64,000 nt of DNA from Chitinophaga pinensis (GCA_943324565.2 CALPMC020000002.1:963-64962), one strand, 5' to 3'. Positions 53,570 to 63,438 are shown, numbered from the stretch's first letter. Program-made: numbers and translations. The notes: generated from the letters alone by a model not told the origin.

Positions 53570-54397
53570 TTAAAAGAATTTGAAAGCGATAGGATAAATA
53601 AGTAAGCGATAAGCAATCCAGGTAATTGTCAACCAGCCTGAAAAACCAAGGATTTTGATACGTCGAGCATGTTCGAAAATCATAAATAGATAAACTATTC
53701 CATAACATACACCCACTAACAATTCGGTTTCAAAACCCCAAGATTGAAGCGTCATTATACCCAAGTCAAAAAAACCTAAAAGCAATGCGCCGAGGAAGGA
53801 AACAAAAGCAATCTGACCGATATAATCATAGAAATTTCTTTGCTTTAGTATGTAAAAGAAAACTGCTTGAAACACAAACTGAAATAAGAAATAAAGCAAA
53901 TCCCCATAAAAGTGATTTCCAATAAAGTAAGAATTAAGATGAACTGTAAAATAATGCGTCACAGAAAAATTTAGAAAAAGTGCAATTAAACCAATAAACA
54001 CAATTCTCCAAAACCAGTTTTTTGTAGGTGTGCATGCTATCGTATTGTTGCAATTTACTGGAGCTATAACTTTTCGATTGAAGCTGATGAGTAAATAAAG
54101 TAATTTCAAAAGCGAAGTGATTCCAGGTAGATTCCCTGCAATTTCAATCCATTTCCAACGTGAACCAAGTACAGCAAGTAAACTATCAATTCCATAAACT
54201 ACTTCATTATTTTCTGCTTTAACAAAAGCAATTTTATTTTGAGCCTTTTCTTGATCGAACTTCAAATTCGAAATTTGTATTGCTTGAAAATAAGGCAGAC
54301 GTTCATCTTCTTGAAGGATGCCAAATTTAATGAATTGATTGGTATACCACACACAAAGTGGGCAATCTTGGTCATAAATCAATGTTCCTTTTTTCAT
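53570..54397 (-). CDS. DCC1-like thiol-disulfide oxidoreductase (DUF393) fused to a ~150-aa polytopic membrane domain
   Basis: LIYDQDCPLCVWY matches the D-x-x-C-x-x-C family motif. The C-terminal half has 4-5 hydrophobic helices. Confidence 0.7.
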   Translation of the reverse strand: MKKGTLIYDQDCPLCVWYTNQFIKFGILQEDERLPYFQAIQISNLKFDQEKAQNKIAFVKAENNEVVYGIDSLLAVLGSRWKWIEIAGNLPGITSLLKLLYLLISFNRKVIAPVNCNNTIACTPTKNWFWRIVFIGLIALFLNFSVTHYFTVHLNSYFIGNHFYGDLLYFLFQFVFQAVFFYILKQRNFYDYIGQIAFVSFLGALLLGFFDLGIMTLQSWGFETELLVGVCYGIVYLFMIFEHARRIKILGFSGWLTITWIAYRLLIYPIAFKFF

Positions 54398-54416
54398 GAT
54401 TATGTATTTTATTCTA

Positions 54417-54424
54417 CAAATATA
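54417..54424 (-). promoter_or_regulatory. -7 promoter box TATATTTG (minus strand)
   Basis: Plus strand reads CAAATATA, 19 nt upstream of ATG 54397. Confidence 0.45.
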
Positions 54425-54425
54425 T

Positions 54426-54453
54426 TAAACTTTCAATAAATATTGAAAGTTTA
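54426..54453. promoter_or_regulatory. Perfect palindrome TAAACTTTCAATA-AA-TATTGAAAGTTTA (13-bp arms)
   Basis: It directly abuts the -7 box on the minus strand, so it would cover the -14 to -40 region of that promoter. Confidence 0.5.
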
Positions 54454-54536
54454 GAAATTAAATTAAAAATCTTTTATGAAAAATAATATAAAGGCAAAAT
54501 ATGATTATTTAAAAGATGTAAATAGTTTTAGAAATA

Positions 54537-55172
54537 TCACACTAAAAGTTGCATAATTTTCTGTAAAATCATTTGTTGAATATCATGTTTTCCTTCAAAA
54601 TGAATAGTATTAAAACCAATTTCTTTGTAAGATGCGATTTCAGAAAGTTGTTGTGCTTCAGAATAATATTCATCTTGATTTCCTAAAACAAAGTAATTCT
54701 TACTATTAATTTCAAGTGCTGGTTTTTCTAAATCAGGAGGAAAAACAGAAGCCCACAAAATTAAATGGTCAAATTGGTCAGCATCAGAAAAATACCATCT
54801 AGCTGCGGTTGCGCCTCCTTGTGAAAATCCTAAGAGAATAATTTTAGAAAACTGTTTATTCGCTTTTATTGTTTTTAACAGTCTTTGTAATGCGGTTGTG
54901 TTTTCTTCAATGTCAAGTTCTCGTGCTTCTTTTGTCATCCAAGAGGCACCCACACGACCGCTATTTCCTTGTAAATAAAAACGATGCATTCCTTCAGGAG
55001 CAAGGATTAAATAGTTTTCAGGAAGAAACTCAAACTTTTTAATGAAGAATTTTGACAATTGTCCAAAACCATGTAAAGCAATTAATAAGATATCCGCTTT
55101 TTCAAAATTTCCCATGGTGTAATAACGCATTTTTTTGGAAACAGCTAGTTTAAATTCTTGAATCTCTGACAT
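54537..55172 (-). CDS. Alpha/beta hydrolase (phospholipase/carboxylesterase family)
   Basis: LIALHGFGQ and nucleophile elbow GFSQGG. Confidence 0.75.
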   Translation of the reverse strand: MSEIQEFKLAVSKKMRYYTMGNFEKADILLIALHGFGQLSKFFIKKFEFLPENYLILAPEGMHRFYLQGNSGRVGASWMTKEARELDIEENTTALQRLLKTIKANKQFSKIILLGFSQGGATAARWYFSDADQFDHLILWASVFPPDLEKPALEINSKNYFVLGNQDEYYSEAQQLSEIASYKEIGFNTIHFEGKHDIQQMILQKIMQLLV

Positions 55173-55174
55173 TT

Positions 55175-55936
55175 CTATTTGGATTCAGTTACATATTTTC
55201 CTTGGCTTGGTAGGTAGAAAAACATACGTTCTAGATTAGTTGTTTTTGTTATTTCAGGAACAAAAGTATTTAAGTCAGCACCTGCAGGAATTGTTCCAAT
55301 TTTAGCTTTATGGATAATTATATTTTTCGTCGCATTCACTTTCCCAGGTTCATAAGAGAAGGAAAAGGCAACTGCCTCAGAAGTTCCTAAACCATCAAAA
55401 TTCTTCCATTGAAAAACGCGTGCTGGCGTATGGTTTTTAACAAAATAATAGTCGCGATAGCTTGCATTTCTGATTCTAAAGTCAACAATTATATCTTGAA
55501 AATCGCTAGAACTAACATTTTCGAAAGAAACCTTCAACGGCAAAAGCGGAGATGAAGGAATTGCAATTGGTGGAGAAATTAAATCTAAGCCACCATCAAA
55601 ATAAAATAAATAGTTGAAATTACCCATGTAAGCAACTTCCGCTCTTTTGGCTGGATTCTCCGATTGAGAAGCTTCATTTATTGCAAATTGTAAACGATTT
55701 ACTGCAATAATTGCATCTTCTTTGTCGTCACCATCTAAGTTTGCTTTGTAAATTTTGAGTGTGTATTTTTCTGAAGGATCGATTTTTAAAGTCGATTCAA
55801 CGTGTCTTTTTGCGTAAGCAGCAAGCGATTGTGGTTTGTCAGGTAATTCATCTTCCGATATAATATTTTTGGGTTTTTCAATGTTCTCACAAGAAAAAAG
55901 TAAAACTGGGAATACAAATAGAAATAATTTATTCAT
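55175..55936 (-). CDS. Hypothetical lipoprotein
   Basis: MNKLFLFVFPVLLFSC lipobox. No family recognised. Confidence 0.55.
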   Translation of the reverse strand: MNKLFLFVFPVLLFSCENIEKPKNIISEDELPDKPQSLAAYAKRHVESTLKIDPSEKYTLKIYKANLDGDDKEDAIIAVNRLQFAINEASQSENPAKRAEVAYMGNFNYLFYFDGGLDLISPPIAIPSSPLLPLKVSFENVSSSDFQDIIVDFRIRNASYRDYYFVKNHTPARVFQWKNFDGLGTSEAVAFSFSYEPGKVNATKNIIIHKAKIGTIPAGADLNTFVPEITKTTNLERMFFYLPSQGKYVTESK

Positions 55937-55940
55937 GGTG

Positions 55941-55948
55941 CAAATTTA
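55941..55948 (-). promoter_or_regulatory. -7 promoter box TAAATTTG (minus strand)
   Basis: Plus strand reads CAAATTTA. 4-nt gap to ATG 55936 (leaderless geometry). Confidence 0.45.
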
Positions 55949-56091
55949 GATTTTTTTCAACTGAGAAGCTTTTCATTTTGAAAGTAGTTTAAAGGAATTA
56001 TTTTGTTTAATAACTAATAAACGAATTTAATACCAATGAGGAGATTTAAAAGCAATCAAATGCTTAACTTCGTGCATCAAAAATTCAATCT

Positions 56092-57270
56092 ATGTCAAAA
56101 GAAGTTTATATTATTTCAGCTGTTAGAACACCAATGGGTTCTTTTATGGGTGCATTTTCTGCAATTCCAGCAACGGTTTTAGGTGCAACAGCAATTAAAG
56201 GTGCTCTTGAAAAAGGAAACGTTGATGCGTCAATAATCGATGAGGTATTTATGGGTAACGTTCTTCAAGCTGGAGTTGGTCAAGCGCCTGCTCGTCAAGC
56301 TGCATTAGGAGCTGGTTTAGGTCAAAATGTACCTTGTACTACTGTAAATAAAGTTTGTGCTTCTGGAATGAAAGCTATAATGTTTGGAGCTCAATCAATT
56401 ATTGCTGGTGATAATCACGTTGTTGTTGTTGGTGGAATGGAAAATATGTCAATGACTCCACATTATGTTGCTGGTAGAAATGGCACTAAATTCGGAAACA
56501 TCACCATGTTAGACGGAATTACCAAAGACGGTTTATTAGACGTTTACAGCAAAGTTCCAATGGGAAATTGCGCTGAGCTATGTGCAAAAGAATACAATAT
56601 TACTCGTGAAGATCAAGACAATTTTGCAATTACATCTTACACGCGTTCAGCAGAAGCTTGGAAAGCAGGACGTTTCGATAATGAAATCGTTCCAGTTGCA
56701 GTTCCTCAAAGAAAAGGAGATCCAATAATGGTTTCAGAAGATGAAGAATACAAAAACGTTTTTTTAGATAAAATCCCAGGATTGAAACCAGCTTTTGATA
56801 AAGAAGGTACAATTACTGCAGCAAATGCTTCAACTTTAAACGATGGTGCTTCTGCATTGATTTTAGCATCTAAAGAAGCGGTAGAAAAATATGGTTTGTC
56901 CCCAATTGCTAAAATCGTTTCCTATGCTGATGCAGCACAAGCGCCAGAATGGTTCACAACAGCACCTTCTTTAGCAGTTCCTAAAGCATTAGCGAAAGCA
57001 GGTTTACAAACTTCAGATGTGGAATATTGGGAATTGAACCAAGCGTTTTCAGTAGTTGGTTTAGCAAATATGAAAATCTTAGGTTTAGATCCTTCTAGGG
57101 TAGATGTGAACGGTGGAGCAGTTGCTTTAGGTCACCCACTTGGAAACTCAGGCTCTAGAGTAATTGTAACATTGATTAATGTTTTGAAACAAAACAATGC
57201 TAAAATTGGTGGTGCAGCTATTTGTAACGGTGGAGGTGGTGCTTCTGCAATGATTATCGAAAGCATCTAA
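56092..57270 (+). CDS. Acetyl-CoA C-acetyltransferase (thiolase II)
   Basis: Active-site Cys region VNKVCASGMKA; C-terminal GGAVALGHPLG and CNGGGGASAM motifs. Confidence 0.95.
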   Translation: MSKEVYIISAVRTPMGSFMGAFSAIPATVLGATAIKGALEKGNVDASIIDEVFMGNVLQAGVGQAPARQAALGAGLGQNVPCTTVNKVCASGMKAIMFGAQSIIAGDNHVVVVGGMENMSMTPHYVAGRNGTKFGNITMLDGITKDGLLDVYSKVPMGNCAELCAKEYNITREDQDNFAITSYTRSAEAWKAGRFDNEIVPVAVPQRKGDPIMVSEDEEYKNVFLDKIPGLKPAFDKEGTITAANASTLNDGASALILASKEAVEKYGLSPIAKIVSYADAAQAPEWFTTAPSLAVPKALAKAGLQTSDVEYWELNQAFSVVGLANMKILGLDPSRVDVNGGAVALGHPLGNSGSRVIVTLINVLKQNNAKIGGAAICNGGGGASAMIIESI

Positions 57271-57288
57271 TCAAAATAAAATAATTTG

Positions 57289-57319
57289 AAAGGACTTGAG
57301 CGATTCAGTCCTTTTTTTT
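57289..57319 (+). terminator. Rho-independent terminator
   Basis: Stem AGGACT/AGTCCT (57291-57296 and 57307-57312), followed by T8. Confidence 0.7.
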
Positions 57320-57380
57320 GTCTTATTTTTCCTAGTTTGACCTTAGTTCCCTAAAAAAAGAATAATTGTATTCTCCGTTA

Positions 57381-57761
57381 TTACATCCATTCCGCAGAAA
57401 AACGATTGTATTCTGCTCTTAATTCACTAAAGTTTTTCTCGAAATAAATCATGAAATCTTCTTCTTTAACATGATTATCAACTTTTCTATGCTCAACTGC
57501 AACTGGATTATTCTTAATTTCTTGAACAATCTTTGCTTCATTCACTTTAATTGAATGTGCTAATTCATCAATATTATTGCGCTGAATAATGAATTGATTT
57601 TGAAAGTGTTCAACCTTTACTAATACGTCTAGTGAATTGTTTTTTGAAGTGATTTCTTGTAATCGTTCTTTTAAAATTTGAATTTCTTCTTTGTAAAATT
57701 CTAATCTACTTAACCAATCTTGGTGAATTTGATGTTGATCGTAAATAAAAGCAGTTTCCAT
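57381..57761 (-). CDS. Hypothetical coiled-coil protein
   Basis: 126-aa ORF. No family recognised. Confidence 0.45.
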   Translation of the reverse strand: METAFIYDQHQIHQDWLSRLEFYKEEIQILKERLQEITSKNNSLDVLVKVEHFQNQFIIQRNNIDELAHSIKVNEAKIVQEIKNNPVAVEHRKVDNHVKEEDFMIYFEKNFSELRAEYNRFSAEWM

Positions 57762-57916
57762 GATGAATGTATTTTATGTTTATGCAAATTTCATCTAAAG
57801 GAGTATCAATATTCATGATTAGTATCATGTATTAAAATGATTGAAATCAAGATGTTAAATACTATTGATGAGATAGAAAGCGATCTCAATAATTACAATT
57901 TACGTTAAACGTATTC

Positions 57917-58456
57917 CTAATTCCTAAAAACAACTCTACGGAATATGATTGCTATAACCATCGAATTCAAAGTTGAATACACCATTAAAGCCAACAAAGT
58001 AATTATCATAGTAAATTTCGCACTGTACATAGATTTTGTACTATCTAAAACTTCTCGCTTAATCTCCTCTGGATTTTTATTCTCCATTGCAGGATTCGTA
58101 GTTTGAATTTCTTTTATTGTCTTAGGATTTGATAATCTCAATTCTATTTCTTGAATTTTCTTTTCGTTAAATTCAGGGTAAATTTTTTCGTAATAGAAAT
58201 ACAGAAATATACTGACAATTAATGTATATGGAACTCCTGAAAGCATTCCATTTTTTACATCATTTAATAAATTACTTTCTACTTCTTTGCGTTTGATTTG
58301 AAATAAGGAGTAGGCAATTGCAGTGGTGAGTAAAAACATGTTAATGAACACAAAAATCTTTATGTCATCCACTGAAAAATTGATGGCTAAACCTAACATT
58401 TTCAACACAATCCAAAAGAGTGCTGCACCAATACCAACTTTTACTGGAAGCTTCAT
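57917..58456 (-). CDS. Small membrane protein (DUF4199-like)
   Basis: Four hydrophobic segments. TAATG overlap with the rho stop. Family assignment is from memory only. Confidence 0.45.
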   Translation of the reverse strand: MKLPVKVGIGAALFWIVLKMLGLAINFSVDDIKIFVFINMFLLTTAIAYSLFQIKRKEVESNLLNDVKNGMLSGVPYTLIVSIFLYFYYEKIYPEFNEKKIQEIELRLSNPKTIKEIQTTNPAMENKNPEEIKREVLDSTKSMYSAKFTMIITLLALMVYSTLNSMVIAIIFRRVVFRN

Positions 58457-60396
58457 TAGCTATTCATTGAAATCAAAAACTCTTCATTAGAAATGGTGTT
58501 TTCCATGTGCGATTTCATAAACTCCATTGCTTCTACAGGATTCATATCTGCAATAAATTTACGAATCAACCAAATACGTTGTAATACATCTTTTCCAACT
58601 AGTAAATCTTCTCTTCTTGTTCCAGATGCAGTAATGTCAATTGCTGGGTAAATTCTTCTATTTGAGATTTTACGATCCAATTGTAACTCCATATTACCAG
58701 TTCCTTTAAATTCTTCGAAGATAACCTCGTCCATTTTAGAACCTGTTTCAGTTAATGCAGTTGCCAAAATAGAAAGCGAACCACCATTTTCAATCTTACG
58801 AGCAGAACCGAAGAAACGTTTTGGTTTGTGAAGTGCATTTGCATCCACACCACCAGAAAGCACTTTTCCAGAAGCCGGTGAAACAGTATTATAAGCACGA
58901 GCTAAACGGGTAATGGAATCCAATAAAATACAAACATCGTGTCCACATTCAACCATACGTTTTGCTTTTTCCAAAACCATGTTTGCTACTTTTACGTGAC
59001 GTTCAGCTGGTTCATCAAAAGTAGAAGCAATAACTTCTGCTTTTACGCTACGCGCCATATCTGTCACCTCTTCTGGACGTTCATCAATCAACAAAACAAT
59101 GAGATAAGTTTCTGGATGATTTGCTGCAATTGCGTTTGCAACATCTTTCAGTAACATTGTTTTACCAGTCTTTGGTTGCGCTACAATCATTCCTCGTTGC
59201 CCTTTTCCAATTGGAGCGAATAAATCCATTACACGAGTAGAAAGTGTCTCTTGCTTGTGGCCTGTCAATTTGAATTTTTCGGAAGGAAAAAGTGGTGTTA
59301 AATATTGGAATGGTACACGGTCACGTATATAAGAAGGATGTCTTCCGTTTATTGATTCAACTTTTACTAATGGGAAAAATTTCTCGCCTTCTTTCGGAGG
59401 ACGAATTGTACCTTTTACTGTATCTCCTGTTTTCAAACCAAATAATTTAATTTGATTTTGAGAAACATAAATATCATCAGGAGAAGGTAAGTAGTTATAA
59501 TCAGACGATCTTAAAAATCCGTATCCATCTTGAATAACCTCTAAAACACCTTCTGCAGAAACGATTCCAACTAAATCATAGTTATCTTCCGTAACTTTTT
59601 CCTCCACACGATCATTAATCGAATTTGGATTGTAATTCGGGTTTGAGTATGGATTTTGATTTGGAATCTGATTCGGATTCCTATTCGGATTATTATTTGG
59701 GTTTTGATTCGGATTACGGTTTGGATTTTGATTCGGATTCAAATTCTCACCGTTTCCATGTGAGTTCACATTTTCACCTTGTGGTCGATTATGAACAGGT
59801 TTATTTTGATGTTGTGGCTTTCTTTGGTTTGGATTTTGATTCGGATTAGCATTTTGATTTTCAGCAACTTTTTCCGTTGAATCCGCAGCTACAACTTGAT
59901 TTCTTTGTTTATTTTGATTTGGATTATTACGATTTGCATTCAAATTTTGTTGATGCTTCGGGTGTTGGTTTTTTTTCGGTTGAACTTCTTCTGTTGTCTC
60001 ACTATTTTCAACAGCCGTTGTTTCATTTTGTTTTACTTCAACTTCTTTCTCCTTTACTATATCAGCATGCTTTTCCGCATTTATAAGTTCGATAACATCC
60101 GCTTTTTCCTCAACTAAAACAGAAATTTGTTCTTTTTCAGGAGCTTCAAGAATAACTGTTTTACGTTTTCTTTTTGCTTTATTTTCATCTTTAGCCTCAG
60201 AAGACTCCTCAAAAAGTGTTGGTGCTACTTTATCTAAAACTTCAACTTTATTTGAGCTTTCAGTGGGTTTTTCTTCGCCAACTAATTTGTTAATTAATTC
60301 GGCTTTTTTGTATTCGCTTGCGTTTTCAATTCCAACAGATTCAGCGATAACTCTCAGGTCTGAGATTTTTTTTGTCTCTAATGTTTTACGATCCAT
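58456..60396 (-). CDS. rho: Transcription termination factor Rho with a ~220-aa low-complexity N-terminal insertion
   Basis: Rho_N helix bundle at the start ([25 protein letters not shown]); CSD-like RNA-binding domain ([14 protein letters not shown]); Walker A (AQPKTGKT); C-terminal RecA-like core. Confidence 0.95.
   Translation of the reverse strand: MDRKTLETKKISDLRVIAESVGIENASEYKKAELINKLVGEEKPTESSNKVEVLDKVAPTLFEESSEAKDENKAKRKRKTVILEAPEKEQISVLVEEKADVIELINAEKHADIVKEKEVEVKQNETTAVENSETTEEVQPKKNQHPKHQQNLNANRNNPNQNKQRNQVVAADSTEKVAENQNANPNQNPNQRKPQHQNKPVHNRPQGENVNSHGNGENLNPNQNPNRNPNQNPNNNPNRNPNQIPNQNPYSNPNYNPNSINDRVEEKVTEDNYDLVGIVSAEGVLEVIQDGYGFLRSSDYNYLPSPDDIYVSQNQIKLFGLKTGDTVKGTIRPPKEGEKFFPLVKVESINGRHPSYIRDRVPFQYLTPLFPSEKFKLTGHKQETLSTRVMDLFAPIGKGQRGMIVAQPKTGKTMLLKDVANAIAANHPETYLIVLLIDERPEEVTDMARSVKAEVIASTFDEPAERHVKVANMVLEKAKRMVECGHDVCILLDSITRLARAYNTVSPASGKVLSGGVDANALHKPKRFFGSARKIENGGSLSILATALTETGSKMDEVIFEEFKGTGNMELQLDRKISNRRIYPAIDITASGTRREDLLVGKDVLQRIWLIRKFIADMNPVEAMEFMKSHMENTISNEEFLISMNS
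59625..59850. repeat. Coding short tandem repeats (GGATTTTGATTCGGATT-type) that encode the NPNQ-rich part of Rho
   Basis: The 21-mer GTTTGGATTTTGATTCGGATT occurs exactly at 59718-59738 and 59826-59846, with many degenerate 6/12-nt relatives between them. Confidence 0.8.
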
Positions 60397-60513
60397 TTAG
60401 ATTGTATAATTTTTTTTTGATTGTATAGGATTTCGATAGAAAACCTATTAGTAATAAAGAATTGACGCAAGTTTAACAAAAACTATTGATTTAGCAATGA
60501 AAATATTAAATTT

Positions 60514-61776
60514 CTATGTTTTTCTTTTCTTTTTCTTGGCAGCTGGAAAAAGTATATTGTTCAAAATCAATCTGTAACCCGGAGAATTTGGATGTAAACT
60601 TAAATTAGTGACTGGATCGCCTACAAAGTGCTGATAATCTTCTGGGTCATGTCCTCCATAAAAAGTCCATGTCCCCTGCCCCATTTCGCCGTGTAAATAT
60701 TTCGCGGTTCCAGCAGCTTTATTTTCTCCTAAAATCAAAACATTTGACTTAATAAATTCCTTTCTAAAATCAGTTGTTTGACCCATAAAACCATTAATAA
60801 CATCTACATGACATTGTGTCAACATAGTTGGTACCACATCCCATTTGGCAGAAAAATCAAATAATGTAAATTGATCTACAGGTTCAGTTATCAGACGGTT
60901 TATGCGTAAATCAGAACCATCGATATCAGAATATTCGTATACCATTGGGTTTTTATCAATATGAAAATCTTTAAAAGCAAAAGTTTGCGTAAAGTCTAAT
61001 TTTTCTTGCGCTCTTCCATCTGAAGGATCACCATCAAAAACCGATTCACAAATATCTACTCCTTGCGCTGCTAATGCAATATCAAAACTATCTGTCCCAC
61101 TGCACATTGTAAAAAGAAATCCGCCGCCAATAACGAAGTTTTTTAAATTCTTAGCTACAGCTAATTTGAGTTCAGATACCTTTTTAAACCCTAACATTTT
61201 GGCATCTTTTTCTGCAATCATTACTTGTTCTTGATACCAACTTTGATAACGTGCATTACCATAAAATTTACCATACTGCCCAGTGAAATCCTCGTGATGT
61301 AGATGTAACCAATCATATTTCGGTAACATTCCCATTACTATTGAAGAATCATAAATTTTATCGTATTTAATCTCTGCATATTCTAAAACAAGCGTTACTG
61401 CATCGTCCCAAGGTTGTTTGTTCGGTGGGGTATAAACTGCTATTTTTGGTGCTTTTTCTAACTGAACAATCTCCATATTAACTTCTGGGTCAGCTATTTG
61501 CGAACGGATATTATTCACTTGCCCATCTGTTAAAATATCATAGCGAACACCTCTAATAATTAATTCTTCTTCAATTGATTTCAGATGAGGAATTAGAAAT
61601 GAACCACCTCTATAATTGAGTAGCCATTCAATAACTACCTCGTTTTCAAGTGTCCAAAATGCAATTCCATACGCTTTGATGTGATTATTTTGAGCCTCAT
61701 CCATTGGAATCAGAATCTGTGTTGCTTTTAATGGAACAACAAGTAAAAAAAAGAAAGCTAAAAGAAGATTTTTCAT
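60514..61776 (-). CDS. Conserved hypothetical secreted protein (possible class I glutamine-amidotransferase-like fold)
   Basis: Signal peptide. The MCSGTDSFDIALAA segment resembles a nucleophile elbow. The C-terminus is a basic tail, KKKKRKT. Confidence 0.5.
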   Translation of the reverse strand: MKNLLLAFFFLLVVPLKATQILIPMDEAQNNHIKAYGIAFWTLENEVVIEWLLNYRGGSFLIPHLKSIEEELIIRGVRYDILTDGQVNNIRSQIADPEVNMEIVQLEKAPKIAVYTPPNKQPWDDAVTLVLEYAEIKYDKIYDSSIVMGMLPKYDWLHLHHEDFTGQYGKFYGNARYQSWYQEQVMIAEKDAKMLGFKKVSELKLAVAKNLKNFVIGGGFLFTMCSGTDSFDIALAAQGVDICESVFDGDPSDGRAQEKLDFTQTFAFKDFHIDKNPMVYEYSDIDGSDLRINRLITEPVDQFTLFDFSAKWDVVPTMLTQCHVDVINGFMGQTTDFRKEFIKSNVLILGENKAAGTAKYLHGEMGQGTWTFYGGHDPEDYQHFVGDPVTNLSLHPNSPGYRLILNNILFPAAKKKKRKT

Positions 61777-61862
61777 TAAGAATTTATGTTTTTAAATGTC
61801 GTTAATTAATCGATTTTACAAAGAGTAACTTTTACTCAAAATTCAACATTAATCATTCAAAT

Positions 61863-63434
61863 TTAAAATGGACTATCGTCGTTTCTATCGTTTACAAAAT
61901 CAATACTATCATTGTCATCCGCTATTGAATCATTCATTTTACTTGCAATAATCATTGTGTTTTGCTCATTTCTATGATTGAATCCGGCAATACCATTTGA
62001 TAAAGGTTGAGAATCTTCTATAGCTGGTGTTTCGTGTAAATTTTCAAAACGTGCGTATTCTGGCACAAATCGTAAACGCACTCTTTCTAATGAACCATTT
62101 CTATGTTTTGCGATAATAATTTCGCCAATTCCATTAAATGACTGTCCATCCTCATCAGTAGTAATTCCATAATAATCAGGTCGATAAATAAAAGAAACAA
62201 TATCAGCATCTTGTTCAATAGCACCTGACTCACGTAAATCAGAAAGTTGTGGTCGTTTGTCGCCTCCTCTTGTTTCAACTGAACGACTTAACTGTGAAAG
62301 CGCAATAATTGGAACATTTAATTCTTTTGCAATTTCTTTAATTGAACGAGAAATAGTTGAAATTTCTTGTTCACGGTTGCCTCCACCTTTTCCATCTTTC
62401 GCAGACATTAACTGTAGGTAGTCAATTATTATCAATTGAATATTATGTTGCGCTTTAAGTCTACGACATTTAGCTCGGAAGTCAAAAATAGATAAACCAG
62501 GCGTATCATCAATAAATAATGGTGCTGCAGAAAGTTTAGTAATTCTTGAATGCATTTGTTGAAACTCATGATCTTTTAAATCACCTTTTCTTAATTTTTG
62601 GGCATCTATCCGTGCCTCACTTGCAATCAAACGTTTTACCAATTGAACAGCTGACATCTCTAGTGAGAAAACCGCAACCCCCATATTATAATCAACGGCT
62701 GTATTTCTAGCCATTGATAATACAAAAGCTGTTTTCCCCATACCCGGACGCGCCGCGAGCACGATCATATCCGAACGTTGCCAACCAGATGTCACTTTAT
62801 CTAAATCGAAAAATCCTGATGGAACTCCAGAAATTCCATCCGTATTTTGTGCAGCTTTTTCAATTTCTTGAATTGCTTCACGAACCACACTTGACATGGT
62901 AGCTACTTGCTTGCTCATGTTATTTTCAGCAATAGAAAACAAATCTTGTTCGGCAGCATTTAGCAATTCAAAAACGTCTTTCGTTTCATCGAACGAATCG
63001 CGTATAATTTCGCTACTTACACGGATTAGTTCTCTTTTAATAAACTTTTCAGCGATGATACGTGCATGAAATTGAATATGAGCAGAAGACGCTACGCGAT
63101 TTGTTAAAGAAGAAATATAGGCAGCTCCGCCAGCAGCTTCTAATTCACCATTTTTCATCAAACGAGAAGTAACTGTAACTAAATCAACTGGATTAGTTGA
63201 TGCAAAAAGTTCCTTTATCGTTTTGAAAATATATTGATGTTTCGGATCGTAAAAACTATTTTGATTTAAGATATCAATTGTTTCATTTACTGCGTTTCTT
63301 TCCAGCATCATCGCTCCTAAAACAACTTGCTCCGTTTCAATCGCTTGTGGCGGAATACGACCGATATCTCCAGTTAAAACTGAAGGGTTTTTAATTCTAG
63401 AGATTTGTTTACGATTACTTTCTGGTGTTTCCAT
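61863..63434 (-). CDS. dnaB: Replicative DNA helicase
   Basis: N-terminus IPPQAIETEQVVLGAMML; Walker A ARPGMGKT; IIDYLQLM; SQLSR motifs. Confidence 0.95.
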   Translation of the reverse strand: METPESNRKQISRIKNPSVLTGDIGRIPPQAIETEQVVLGAMMLERNAVNETIDILNQNSFYDPKHQYIFKTIKELFASTNPVDLVTVTSRLMKNGELEAAGGAAYISSLTNRVASSAHIQFHARIIAEKFIKRELIRVSSEIIRDSFDETKDVFELLNAAEQDLFSIAENNMSKQVATMSSVVREAIQEIEKAAQNTDGISGVPSGFFDLDKVTSGWQRSDMIVLAARPGMGKTAFVLSMARNTAVDYNMGVAVFSLEMSAVQLVKRLIASEARIDAQKLRKGDLKDHEFQQMHSRITKLSAAPLFIDDTPGLSIFDFRAKCRRLKAQHNIQLIIIDYLQLMSAKDGKGGGNREQEISTISRSIKEIAKELNVPIIALSQLSRSVETRGGDKRPQLSDLRESGAIEQDADIVSFIYRPDYYGITTDEDGQSFNGIGEIIIAKHRNGSLERVRLRFVPEYARFENLHETPAIEDSQPLSNGIAGFNHRNEQNTMIIASKMNDSIADDNDSIDFVNDRNDDSPF

Positions 63435-63438
63435 TCAG

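Noticed and set aside
59625-60117. Plus-strand ORFs (59625-59849, 59877-60086, 59896-60117) with DSDSDS-like repeats, opposite rho
   Set aside because: They are the antisense reading of the NPNQ repeat region of rho. rho is unambiguous, with Walker motifs and a CSD domain in frame across the region.
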